From positions 915,261 through 939,260 of the forward strand of contig NZ_OZ245712.1 of the NCBI RefSeq assembly GCF_965226985.1: DNA of 24,000 nucleotides. Direction: 5' to 3'. Source of the DNA: Algihabitans sp. (GTDB lineage: Bacteria > Pseudomonadota > Alphaproteobacteria > Kiloniellales > DSM-21159). The notes below the pieces were generated by a model. The model was not told the origin of the DNA. It saw nothing but the letters and a program-made list of their open reading frames with translations, and made no database searches. A program made the position numbers and the translations under genes. This document shows, piece by piece, positions 1 through 7,042 of this stretch (its first letter is position 1; each line of letters starts with the position of its first letter).

Positions 1-987
1 AGAGAGGTGGAGTCTGCGGCCGGTCCGATCTTGCGCGACAGCCTACCCGACTTCGACCGTCTCGCGCGTAGCTTTGCGAGCGCTGGGATCGACACGCGCT
101 ATTCCGTAGCTCCGCTCGATTGGTTCGCTCGTCCGGGAGGGTGGCATGAACGGATGACGCTGTTCCGGCAGGGCGCGGGCACACTCTTTCTCGAGGCCGC
201 CGCTGCGGCCCTGGCCGAGGCCTCCCTCCGGCCCGAGGATGTCGATTGTGTCGTGACCGTTTCCACCACCGGTATCGTCACCCCCAGCCTGGACGCTCAG
301 GTTCTGGAGGCACTGGGATTGCGGCGAGACGTGACGCGAGTCCCGGTCTTCGGGCTCGGTTGCGCTGGCGGCGTCAGCGGTCTGTCGATCGCACGGCGGA
401 TGGCTGCCTCCCATCCCGGCTCCAACGTGCTGCTCGTGGCCGTCGAGGCCTGCACGCTTTCCTTCCGCCGCGACAATCCGCGCAAGGCCGACATGATCGC
501 GACCATGCTGTTCGGCGACGGCGCGGCGGCCGTGTGCCTGTCCACCGCGGCGAGCGGCGCCGTTCTCGGCGCAGGTGTCGAGTTCACCTGGCCCGCTACG
601 CTGGAGATCATGGGCTGGGACATTCAAGACGATGGCCTTGGCGTGGTTTTCGACCGGTCCATCCCCGCGTTCCTGGAGCAGCACCTTGCCGAAGCGGTCG
701 AGACGAGCTTGCTGCGTCTCGCGTTGTATCGGTCGCAGATTACGCGCTTCGTCTGTCATCCCGGCGGTGCCAAGGTGATTCGCTCGCTCGAGTTGGCGCT
801 GACGCTGCCGCGGGGCGCGCTGGATCACGAACGCTCGGTTCTGCGCCGCTACGGCAACATGTCTTCGCCAACAGTCCTCTTCGTGTTGCGTGAGGTTCTG
901 CGCGAGGCACCTCGCGGCTGTCTGCTCCTGACCGCTTTGGGGCCGGGCTTCACGGCCGCCTTGCTCCCGGTTCATGCCGATGGCTGA
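1..987 (+). CDS. Type III polyketide synthase (chalcone/stilbene synthase superfamily), 5' end cut by window edge
   Basis: The frame is open from nt 1; track ORF 7..987 begins at an internal GTG. The translation carries the type III PKS Cys-His-Asn triad in its usual contexts: FGLGCAGG (nucleophile Cys), RFVCHPGG (His) and RRYGNMSSPTVLFVL (Asn), plus the C-terminal LGPGFTA loop. The active-site Cys lies only about 119 aa into the visible ORF, so some N-terminal residues are probably outside the window. Confidence 0.9.
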   Translation, partial: REVESAAGPILRDSLPDFDRLARSFASAGIDTRYSVAPLDWFARPGGWHERMTLFRQGAGTLFLEAAAAALAEASLRPEDVDCVVTVSTTGIVTPSLDAQVLEALGLRRDVTRVPVFGLGCAGGVSGLSIARRMAASHPGSNVLLVAVEACTLSFRRDNPRKADMIATMLFGDGAAAVCLSTAASGAVLGAGVEFTWPATLEIMGWDIQDDGLGVVFDRSIPAFLEQHLAEAVETSLLRLALYRSQITRFVCHPGGAKVIRSLELALTLPRGALDHERSVLRRYGNMSSPTVLFVLREVLREAPRGCLLLTALGPGFTAALLPVHADG

Positions 988-1468
988 GGGTGCTCTTCTG
1001 CTCGCCGTAATCACGCTGCAGCGTATCCTGGAGCTAGGTCTGTCGGCGCGTAACACGCGCCGGCTGCTGCAACGCGGCGCCGTCGAGATCGCTCCGGGTC
1101 ACTACCCTTTGATCGTCGCCCTCCATACAGCGTGGCTCGGTGTCTTGTGGGTTGTGGGATGGAACCTGGAGGTCTCTGGTGTCTGGCTGACTGCCTATCT
1201 TGCGCTGCAGCTTTTCCGTCTCTGGATCCTGGCCAGCCTCGGGCAACGTTGGACTACCCGCATCATCGTTTTCGACGAGCCTCTGGTACGGCGCGGTCCC
1301 TATCGCTTCCTGCGGCACCCCAACTACCTTCTCGTGGTCCTGGAAATCGCGGTCGTGCCTCTCGCACTCGGCTTGCCCTGGCTGGCCGTGATCTTCTCGC
1401 TGCTGAATGCCGGGGTCCTCCTCGTTCGCATCCGCGCCGAAGACCGGGCGCTTGCCGCTTTTCGATAG
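974..1468 (+). CDS. Isoprenylcysteine carboxyl methyltransferase (ICMT/PEMT-like) family membrane methyltransferase
   Basis: 164-aa hydrophobic multi-helix protein with the ICMT-type motif RGPYRFLRHPNYLLVVLE. ATG 974 (alternative ATG 980) overlaps the PKS stop codon (985-987), indicating translational coupling. GC3-rich codon usage. Confidence 0.8.
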   Translation: MPMAEGALLLAVITLQRILELGLSARNTRRLLQRGAVEIAPGHYPLIVALHTAWLGVLWVVGWNLEVSGVWLTAYLALQLFRLWILASLGQRWTTRIIVFDEPLVRRGPYRFLRHPNYLLVVLEIAVVPLALGLPWLAVIFSLLNAGVLLVRIRAEDRALAAFR

Positions 1469-1753
1469 CGGTTTGAAGCTTTGCGGTTCTGATTCGCCGC
1501 CATTTCACGGCGGCACGTTCCGACGATCGCAATCGGCTTTGGCCGCCGCCGTCGAGCTCTGCATATCGACCGCCTTCCTACGAACGCGCTTTGCGATTCC
1601 CTAATGCCGCAATCCGCTCTAGAAACTCGGGCTAGTCTGGGGCAGTCATCTAGGCCGGTCATAGGCCGATTGTCCGAATGGGTCTTTGGACCCGACCGTT
1701 TGCCTGCCCGGCGCTGCCAGGGCGCTTCCTCCCCACACTGTGAGACAGGACTC

Positions 1754-2281
1754 ATGGACATTACGAAGATCTCGGTGGGTCACAATCCGCCGCAGGAAAT
1801 CAACGTCATCATCGAGGTGCCCCTCGGCGGCGATCCGGTGAAATACGAATTCGACAAGGAGTCGGGGGCGATCTTCGTCGACCGCTTTCTCCACACGGCA
1901 ATGTTCTACCCCTGCAACTACGGTTTCGTTCCCCATACGCTGGCCGACGATGGTGATCCCGTGGATGTGTTGGTTGCCGGGCCCGCGCCCGTCGTTCCGG
2001 GGGCCGTGATCCGCTGTCGGCCTGTCGGCGTGTTGGTGATGGAGGACGAAGCTGGCCAGGACGAGAAGGTCTTGGCGGTCCCGGTCGACAAGCTGCACCC
2101 CTATCACACGGATATCGAAAGCTACCGCCAGTTGCCCGAGATCCTGCTGGAGCAGATCGCGCACTTCTTCGAACACTACAAAGACTTGGAGCCCGACAAG
2201 TGGGTCAAGATCAACCACTGGGGCGATGCCGACGAGGCGCGCAAGATGATCGCGGCCGCTATAGAAGCGGCCAAGCGTTAA
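1754..2281 (+). CDS. ppa: Inorganic pyrophosphatase, family I
   Basis: The internal ATG at 1754 of track ORF 1604..2281 gives 175 aa resembling soluble PPases over the whole length ([44 protein letters not shown]). The 50 upstream codons are Arg/Pro/Ser-rich and have no PPase counterpart. Confidence 0.93.
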   Translation: MDITKISVGHNPPQEINVIIEVPLGGDPVKYEFDKESGAIFVDRFLHTAMFYPCNYGFVPHTLADDGDPVDVLVAGPAPVVPGAVIRCRPVGVLVMEDEAGQDEKVLAVPVDKLHPYHTDIESYRQLPEILLEQIAHFFEHYKDLEPDKWVKINHWGDADEARKMIAAAIEAAKR

Positions 2282-2434
2282 CCTCGACACATCTCCAGGT
2301 TAAGTAGAGGAACGGGTGTATTTTCTGTGCTCCGGCGTGTTGTTTTTGTCCTGCCGGATGGTCAAAAGCTGCTACTGGGCAATGATCCTTCGAGACTCGA
2401 TCTAGATCAAAAGCTTCGACTCCAAGAACTCTTG

Positions 2435-2449
2435 TTTCTGTCACAGAAA
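2435..2449. promoter_or_regulatory. Perfect palindrome TTTCTGT-C-ACAGAAA in the low-GC leader of the LuxR-type regulator
   Basis: 7-bp arms with a 1-nt centre, about 150 bp upstream of ATG 2599, inside a 317-bp region visibly less GC-rich than the flanking genes. Confidence 0.4.
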
Positions 2450-2598
2450 AATTACAACTAGTCTTGTCTCTGCCTCTGACGAACTATTCCATCTCCTAAG
2501 GGGCTGGTGTAGCCTTCTACTATTGGTGTCTTCTGGCAGGATCGGCAGGTGCGCGTCGGGGGACGTTGCGAGCTCCCAGTAGGTAGGAGAAGCGTCTT

Positions 2599-3306
2599 AT
2601 GCCCGAGTCGAGCGTTGCCGTCTTGAAGAGCGAATCCGATCAGAGGATCGACATTGCCCTTGTCGACGGTACCAACCTGTTTCGCGAGGGCGTTCTGCGT
2701 ATCCTCAGCGGAACCCAGTTCCGTGTTGCCCGTCACGTCGAGGCGATCGACGATCTTCTCGCACTAGGGGCCGGGGACTGTGACTACAGTCTGGCGATCA
2801 TCTCTCTGCCAGACGACGATGAGACGTTCGGTGAAAAACTCGGCGAACTGCACCGGATCTGCCCGCAGGTTCGCCTCGTCACGCTGGCCGAGACTTTTGA
2901 CGTCGATGCTGTGCGCCACTGTTTCATGGCCGGCGTTGACGGGTTTCTTCTCAAGACGATCTCCAGCCGTGCTCTGCTGAACTCGCTGGAGCTGGTCATG
3001 CTGGGTGAGCGCGTCTTCCCGCGCCAGCTCGTCAATCTGCTGCTGCCGCGCAGCTTCGCGGGACGGTCGGCGTCGCCTCTGCTCAACGGCGACCTTCGCA
3101 AACTGTCCGAACGCGAAATGGAGATCGTTCGCTGCTTGGTTGCCGGCCACTCCAACAAAGTGATCGCTGCGCAACTCTCGATCACCGAAGCGACCGTCAA
3201 GGTTCACCTCAAGTCGATCTTACGCAAGATCGGCGCGTCGAACCGGACTCAGGCCGCCATCTGGGCGCTGCATAACGGCGTCCAACCTCTGGAATCGGCA
3301 GCTTGA
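2599..3306 (+). CDS. LuxR/FixJ (NarL)-family response-regulator-like transcription factor with a degenerate receiver domain
   Basis: C-terminal LuxR-type HTH: LSEREMEIVRCLVAGHSNKVIAAQLSITEATVKVHLKSILRKIG. The N-terminal half has a receiver-like layout (IALVDGTNLFREGV ... GVDGFLLK). AGGAGAAG lies 8 nt upstream of the ATG. Confidence 0.85.
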   Translation: MPESSVAVLKSESDQRIDIALVDGTNLFREGVLRILSGTQFRVARHVEAIDDLLALGAGDCDYSLAIISLPDDDETFGEKLGELHRICPQVRLVTLAETFDVDAVRHCFMAGVDGFLLKTISSRALLNSLELVMLGERVFPRQLVNLLLPRSFAGRSASPLLNGDLRKLSEREMEIVRCLVAGHSNKVIAAQLSITEATVKVHLKSILRKIGASNRTQAAIWALHNGVQPLESAA

Positions 3307-3334
3307 GGTTTCTCGAGAGGTGAAACGTCGCCTT

Positions 3335-3877
3335 TCAGGCCGGACTCCTGGCCTCTGACGGGGCCTGGCAAACGGCGCAGACCCCCGTTACCTCGACAAC
3401 CTGACGCTCGATGGTGAATCCCGAACGCGCGGCATGTTCGGCGATTGTCCCAGCGACCCCAGGGTCGTGCAGTTCGTCCGTTGCTCCGCAGGCCTTGCAG
3501 ATTAAGAACTGGGTTGCGTGGGGGCGGTCCGGATGGGGGCAGGCGACGAAGGCGTTCAGGCTTTCGATGCGGTGAACCAACCCTTCCGTCTGCAGGAATT
3601 CCAGGGCGCGATAAACGGTCGGCGGGGCCGTACGTCCGCGTTCGCCCGTCAGGCGGTCGATCAGTTCGTAAGCTCCGACCGGGTGATTCTGTTCGGCGAT
3701 CAGTTCCAGCACGCGCCGGCGAAGAGTCGTCAACTGCCGGCCGCGTTTTACGCAGAGCGCCTCTGCCGCTGTCAGCATGTCGTCGAGCGCCTGGTGACAG
3801 CCTTTGGGACTGTGTGCTGTCATCTTCTTCAGCCCGCCCTGCGTCTCCGATGGCTGGCGGTGCTGCGCCTCCGTCAT
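3335..3877 (-). CDS. zur: Zinc uptake regulator, Fur family
   Basis: Winged-helix segment TAPPTVYRALEFLQTEGLVHRIESLNAFVAC, as I recall for alphaproteobacterial Zur, plus two CxxC pairs (CKAC, CAVC). The start is set at ATG 3877 because it forms an ATGA overlap with the upstream gene's stop; ATG 3823 is an alternative. The track extension to 4060 overlaps the upstream gene and is not used. Confidence 0.85.
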   Translation of the reverse strand: MTEAQHRQPSETQGGLKKMTAHSPKGCHQALDDMLTAAEALCVKRGRQLTTLRRRVLELIAEQNHPVGAYELIDRLTGERGRTAPPTVYRALEFLQTEGLVHRIESLNAFVACPHPDRPHATQFLICKACGATDELHDPGVAGTIAEHAARSGFTIERQVVEVTGVCAVCQAPSEARSPA

Positions 3878-4194
3878 GACTTCGGTGCGCTGTCGCTCAG
3901 ATCCGTGGCCTCGGCCAGATTGCAGCCGCAATAGGGGCAGGACAGCCGACTCAAGGCCTGCCGCACGGCGTCCGGTGTCGTCGCGACTCCTTCGCTGTCG
4001 AGCAGCGTCACAACTTCCTTCACCAGGTCGTCGTGAAACAGTGGGTTTCGCGCCGTACAAGCATTGCGGTAGATCTCGGCGGACCCAGCGTCCAGAGGTT
4101 CGACCGAGAACGCGCGCGCGCCGGACGGCAGAGCGATGGCTCCGCCGGCCAGGCCGGCGAGCAGCTGGCGTCGAGAGGGGCGTTGCATTGTCAT
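3874..4194 (-). CDS. Small Tat-signal (periplasmic) protein with a C-terminal CPYCGC motif, function unknown
   Basis: An internal ATG (4194, or 4188) of track ORF 3874..4326 gives MTMQRPSRRQLLAGLAGGAIALPSGARA, a twin-arginine signal with an AxA site. The mature part is about 80 aa with 4 Cys (NAC..., SCPYCGC). GC3-rich. The stop overlaps the zur start (ATGA). No clear SD, so the start is uncertain. Confidence 0.6.
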   Translation of the reverse strand: MTMQRPSRRQLLAGLAGGAIALPSGARAFSVEPLDAGSAEIYRNACTARNPLFHDDLVKEVVTLLDSEGVATTPDAVRQALSRLSCPYCGCNLAEATDLSDSAPKS

Positions 4195-4325
4195 GAGCAG
4201 AAGATAGCCGGAGTTCTGTGGCGGGAAAAGGGCGGTCCCTGTATGCTTAGACCTTGATCCGACGCCGCCTCTGCCGACATGTGCCCTGTATGACAGCAAC
4301 TGCATCCTGAATCGACGAGACTGCA

Positions 4326-4580
4326 ATGATCCTGCGCAGCCTTTTTTGGTCGGCCGCGCGCCGTCTTGCCTCCGACGAACGCACGCGCGCCAAGGCTGAG
4401 AAGTTCATCCAGACCGAAGTGCGACCCCGCGCCGTCGAGGCCGCGCGTCGGGCGGGACAGGCTTACGGAGAGGTTCGTGCCGACTGGGCTCAGCAGACAG
4501 ACAAACCGGCCGCTTATCGCGCCGGGCGGATGCTGCGCAACTTCTCCCGGCGTCTTGGTGACGGCGGCGAGGGGCGATGA
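4326..4580 (+). CDS. Hypothetical small basic protein (84 aa)
   Basis: ATG-initiated ORF with GC3-rich codons. Its stop overlaps the hspQ ATG (ATGA at 4577-4580). No recognisable motif, so the coding status is uncertain. Confidence 0.4.
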   Translation: MILRSLFWSAARRLASDERTRAKAEKFIQTEVRPRAVEAARRAGQAYGEVRADWAQQTDKPAAYRAGRMLRNFSRRLGDGGEGR

Positions 4581-4894
4581 GCCCAAGCCGGCCACTCTTC
4601 ATGATCGGCGAAATCGTCAATCACGTGAAGTTCGGCTATAGGGGCGTGGTGGTCGACGTCGACCCCGTCTTCGGCCTGACGGAAGAGTGGTACGACCAGG
4701 TGGCCCGCTCGCGTCCGCCCAAGGACAAGCCTTGGTATCATGTGCTGGTCGATGGTGCCCAGCACGTTACCTACGTGGCCGAGCGGCACCTACAGCCCCA
4801 TCCGGACAAGACGCAGATCGACCACCCGGAGCTGGGCCGCTTTTTCAGCCGCTACGACGGCCATCGCTACATCCTGCGCGAGACGGCCCACTAG
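4577..4894 (+). CDS. hspQ: Heat shock protein HspQ (YccV / hemimethylated-DNA-binding domain)
   Basis: The 105-aa protein has F.IGE.V.H..FGYRGVVVDVDPVF...PWYHVLV....TYVAERHL, matching the HspQ pattern (E. coli: FGIGQQVRH..LGYLGVVVDIDPVY...PWYHVVM...YLAEAQL). Confidence 0.88.
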   Translation: MSPSRPLFMIGEIVNHVKFGYRGVVVDVDPVFGLTEEWYDQVARSRPPKDKPWYHVLVDGAQHVTYVAERHLQPHPDKTQIDHPELGRFFSRYDGHRYILRETAH

Positions 4895-4951
4895 AGTAGG
4901 ATTCATGCCTCCGATGCGAGCTATGCCGCTCACATCAAGGGTGATGGTGTT

Positions 4952-6121
4952 CTAGGCGCCTTGTCTGCGACGCCCGACCAGGGCCATCGCCAGAGCGCCG
5001 ACCAGCGCGGCCGAGACCATCGCGACGACGAAGCCGTGCGGTTGCCAGACGCCCATGGCGACGCCGCCGACGGACGGACCAACCATGGCGCCCACCTGAT
5101 AGGTGATTAGGAAGGCGGCATTGGCGACCGCCAGATCCCGCACTGGAACTTTCTGTCCGATGAAGGTCAGGCCGAGCGTATAGAAGCCGATACCAAGACC
5201 GCCCATGACGAAGACGGCGGCAGCCCGCCAGACCGGATCGATGGTCAGAGGCAAGGTCGCGGCAATAGCGGCGAACAAGAAAGCGCCGCCGATCAGCACG
5301 ACCCGTGCCGAGGCCCGGTCGGCCAGCCAGCCGACGACGAGCTGCAGGGCGATCCCGCCGACCATGAAGAGTGTTAGAAGCCGAAGGGCCTGGTCCTCGG
5401 TCGCGCCGTTCTGCAGGGCGTAGATCGGCAGCAAAGCGAAATGCCCGAGTTCGAGCAGTCCGCCGACGACGCCGGCCACCATAGCGACGGGTGCCAGCAG
5501 AAAGGCCCCGAAGACGCCCGTGTCGGGGTGTTCGGGCATGCTGGGCGCCAGAGCCGCCGCCGCGATGATCGGCACCACAGCCAGCAGGATGCCGGCCGCT
5601 CCGATCACGAAGGGCGTCCAGCCGACGATTCCCACCTGGTCCAGGATAAAGGGTCCGGCGGCGAAGCCGCTAAAGAGCGCGATCGCGTAGAGGGCCAGCA
5701 TACGGCCGCGAATCCTGTCGTCGGCCACAGTGTTGATCCAGGTCTCGCCGACCAGCCAGGGCAGGGCAATGCCGGCCCCCATGATGAAGCGCAGGATCAG
5801 CCAGGCTTCGGGCGAGGGGAAGAGCGGCATGAGCAGGAACCCGCTGCCGACCAGAACGCAGCCCAGCGCCATGGCGCGGATGGTGCCGAGATAGCCGACC
5901 AGTTTCGGGAAGAAGGGCAGGCAAAGCAGGATCGCCAAAGCCGGTGCGGACCCTACCAGACCGTTCAGCCAGGTCGGCGCGCCCCACTGTTCGAAGGTCA
6001 GTGCTGTGATGGGATAGCCGATCCCGTAGGAGATGCCGACGCCGATGGTCGAGGCAACGACGGCGGCGATGCTGAGGAACCTCTGGCGCGGTGTGAGATC
6101 GAGAGCAGTTGCAACGGACAT
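4952..6121 (-). CDS. MFS transporter (about 12 TM)
   Basis: 389-aa highly hydrophobic protein with two six-helix halves. It has an MFS-like loop motif (DDRIRGRMLALYA, WLADRASARVV). It is divergent from a TetR-family gene. Confidence 0.88.
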   Translation of the reverse strand: MSVATALDLTPRQRFLSIAAVVASTIGVGISYGIGYPITALTFEQWGAPTWLNGLVGSAPALAILLCLPFFPKLVGYLGTIRAMALGCVLVGSGFLLMPLFPSPEAWLILRFIMGAGIALPWLVGETWINTVADDRIRGRMLALYAIALFSGFAAGPFILDQVGIVGWTPFVIGAAGILLAVVPIIAAAALAPSMPEHPDTGVFGAFLLAPVAMVAGVVGGLLELGHFALLPIYALQNGATEDQALRLLTLFMVGGIALQLVVGWLADRASARVVLIGGAFLFAAIAATLPLTIDPVWRAAAVFVMGGLGIGFYTLGLTFIGQKVPVRDLAVANAAFLITYQVGAMVGPSVGGVAMGVWQPHGFVVAMVSAALVGALAMALVGRRRQGA

Positions 6122-6155
6122 GCGGCACTCCTGTCGATAGCCGGGGCGGCGATCT

Positions 6156-6196
6156 TATTTCTACGATGAAGAAATATAATCTCTACAATACAGAAA
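6156..6196. promoter_or_regulatory. Two adjacent operator-like sites (TCTAC-N5-AGAAA) upstream of the MFS gene
   Basis: TATTTCTACGATGAAGAAATA (palindromic arms TATTTCT/AGAAATA at 6156-6162 and 6170-6176) and TCTACAATACAGAAA (6182-6196). They lie 35-75 bp upstream of the MFS start, in the divergent TetR/MFS intergenic region. Confidence 0.5.
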
Positions 6197-6322
6197 AAAC
6201 AAGCCTCTTTCTGCGACCCCGGGATCAATCTCTCTGAACCCTGATCCGCGACTCTCACATTGCAGCTTATGGCGGTGTTCGGCGGTCTCCAGCGGAGAAG
6301 CGTTGAGCTTCTCAGGGAAGAA

Positions 6323-6347
6323 CTATAGTCTCTACGAAGTAGAAAAT
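6323..6347. promoter_or_regulatory. Third operator-like site next to the tetR-family start
   Basis: CTATAGTCTCTACGAAGTAGAAAAT. It contains the palindrome TCTAC-gaa-GTAGA (6331-6343). It is about 18/23 identical to ATATAATCTCTACAATACAGAAAA at 6174-6197. Confidence 0.5.
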
Positions 6348-6352
6348 AGGAG

Positions 6353-7018
6353 GTGTTCGTCTTGCCGAGGAAGGCCGCGCGGCCCGGCCCCAAAGGTCTG
6401 GCGCCCGCTGAGATCGTTAAGTCTGCAATAGCCTTGCTGGAGAAAGAGGGAGAGGCGGGCTTCAGCATTCGCAAGGTCGCCGCGGCAGTCGGCTGCGATC
6501 CCATGGCGGTGCTCTATCACTTCAAATCGAAAGCCGGTCTTGAACGAGCGATGGCCGATGCGCTCAATGCCGAACTCCAACCTGTCGACCCTACGGCCTC
6601 TTGGCGCGAGCGTCTTGCGGGCTTGGCGCATCAGTACCGCAAGCTGGCGCTGCGCCACCCGCGCACCTTTCCGCTGCTTCTGCGCTTCTGGGTGACCGGC
6701 CCCGCCGACTACCGTCATGCCGAGATGATCTATCAGGCGCTGGCCGACGCGGGTTTCGACGACCGCCGAACGGTCGATATCTGCTTCGGTTGGTACGCCA
6801 GCATTCTCGGTCTGGCCGCGGCGGAGGTGGGGGGCCTGCTGCAGCCGCCGAGTGCGGAAATTCTTGAAGAGGTGCGCGGTCTCGACGCTGCCGACTTTCC
6901 GGCGACGACCCGTCTGGCCGCGACCTTCGCCGACCAGGAACCGGGCCAGATCTACGACCTGATGATCGAGACCTTCCTGCAGGGCCTGGAGCGGTCGCTC
7001 GAAGCCGGTAGGGCATAG
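6353..7018 (+). CDS. TetR/AcrR family transcriptional regulator
   Basis: N-terminal TetR HTH (EIVKSAIALLEKEGEAGFSIRKVAAAVGCDPMAVLYHFKSKAGL) and a helical C-terminal ligand domain. The GTG at 6353 directly abuts AGGAG, so TTG 6362 (9 nt after AGGAG) may be the true start. Confidence 0.88.
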   Translation: MFVLPRKAARPGPKGLAPAEIVKSAIALLEKEGEAGFSIRKVAAAVGCDPMAVLYHFKSKAGLERAMADALNAELQPVDPTASWRERLAGLAHQYRKLALRHPRTFPLLLRFWVTGPADYRHAEMIYQALADAGFDDRRTVDICFGWYASILGLAAAEVGGLLQPPSAEILEEVRGLDAADFPATTRLAATFADQEPGQIYDLMIETFLQGLERSLEAGRA

Positions 7019-7019
7019 C

Positions 7020-7042
7020 GCGGGCGGGGCGTCGCCGCCCGC
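7020..7042. terminator. GC-rich hairpin between convergent tetR-family and decarboxylase genes
   Basis: GCGGGCGG-ggcgtcg-CCGCCCGC (8-bp stem) sits in the 23-nt gap between the two convergent stop codons. There is no U-tract on either side, so function as a terminator is uncertain. Confidence 0.4.

Noticed and set aside
43-1056. 337-aa minus-strand ORF antisense to the type III PKS and the ICMT gene start
   Set aside because: It is antisense to a gene with an intact catalytic triad and has an Arg/Gly/Ala-rich translation. It crosses the PKS/ICMT junction without regard to gene boundaries.
1495-1515. GCCGCC-atttcac-GGCGGC hairpin after the ICMT gene as a terminator
   Set aside because: The stem is only 6 bp and no U-tract follows. 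This is too weak to call.
1604-1753. N-terminal extensions offered by the ORF track (ppa 1604-1753; zur 3878-4060; reductase 13838-13897; 17173-17277; SDR 19571-19618; NTF2-like 20125-20409)
   Set aside because: In each case the conserved family sequence or a signal peptide starts at an internal start codon that has a better SD or a coupling context. The extension is compositionally odd or overlaps the neighbouring gene.
5441-6169. 242-aa plus-strand ORF antisense to the MFS transporter (also 13994..14863, 15346..16116 and 23157..23837 antisense to the amidase, TDO-like gene and MFS)
   Set aside because: All of them mirror strong sense-strand genes and have charged, low-complexity translations. 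They are GC-rich mirror-frame artefacts.
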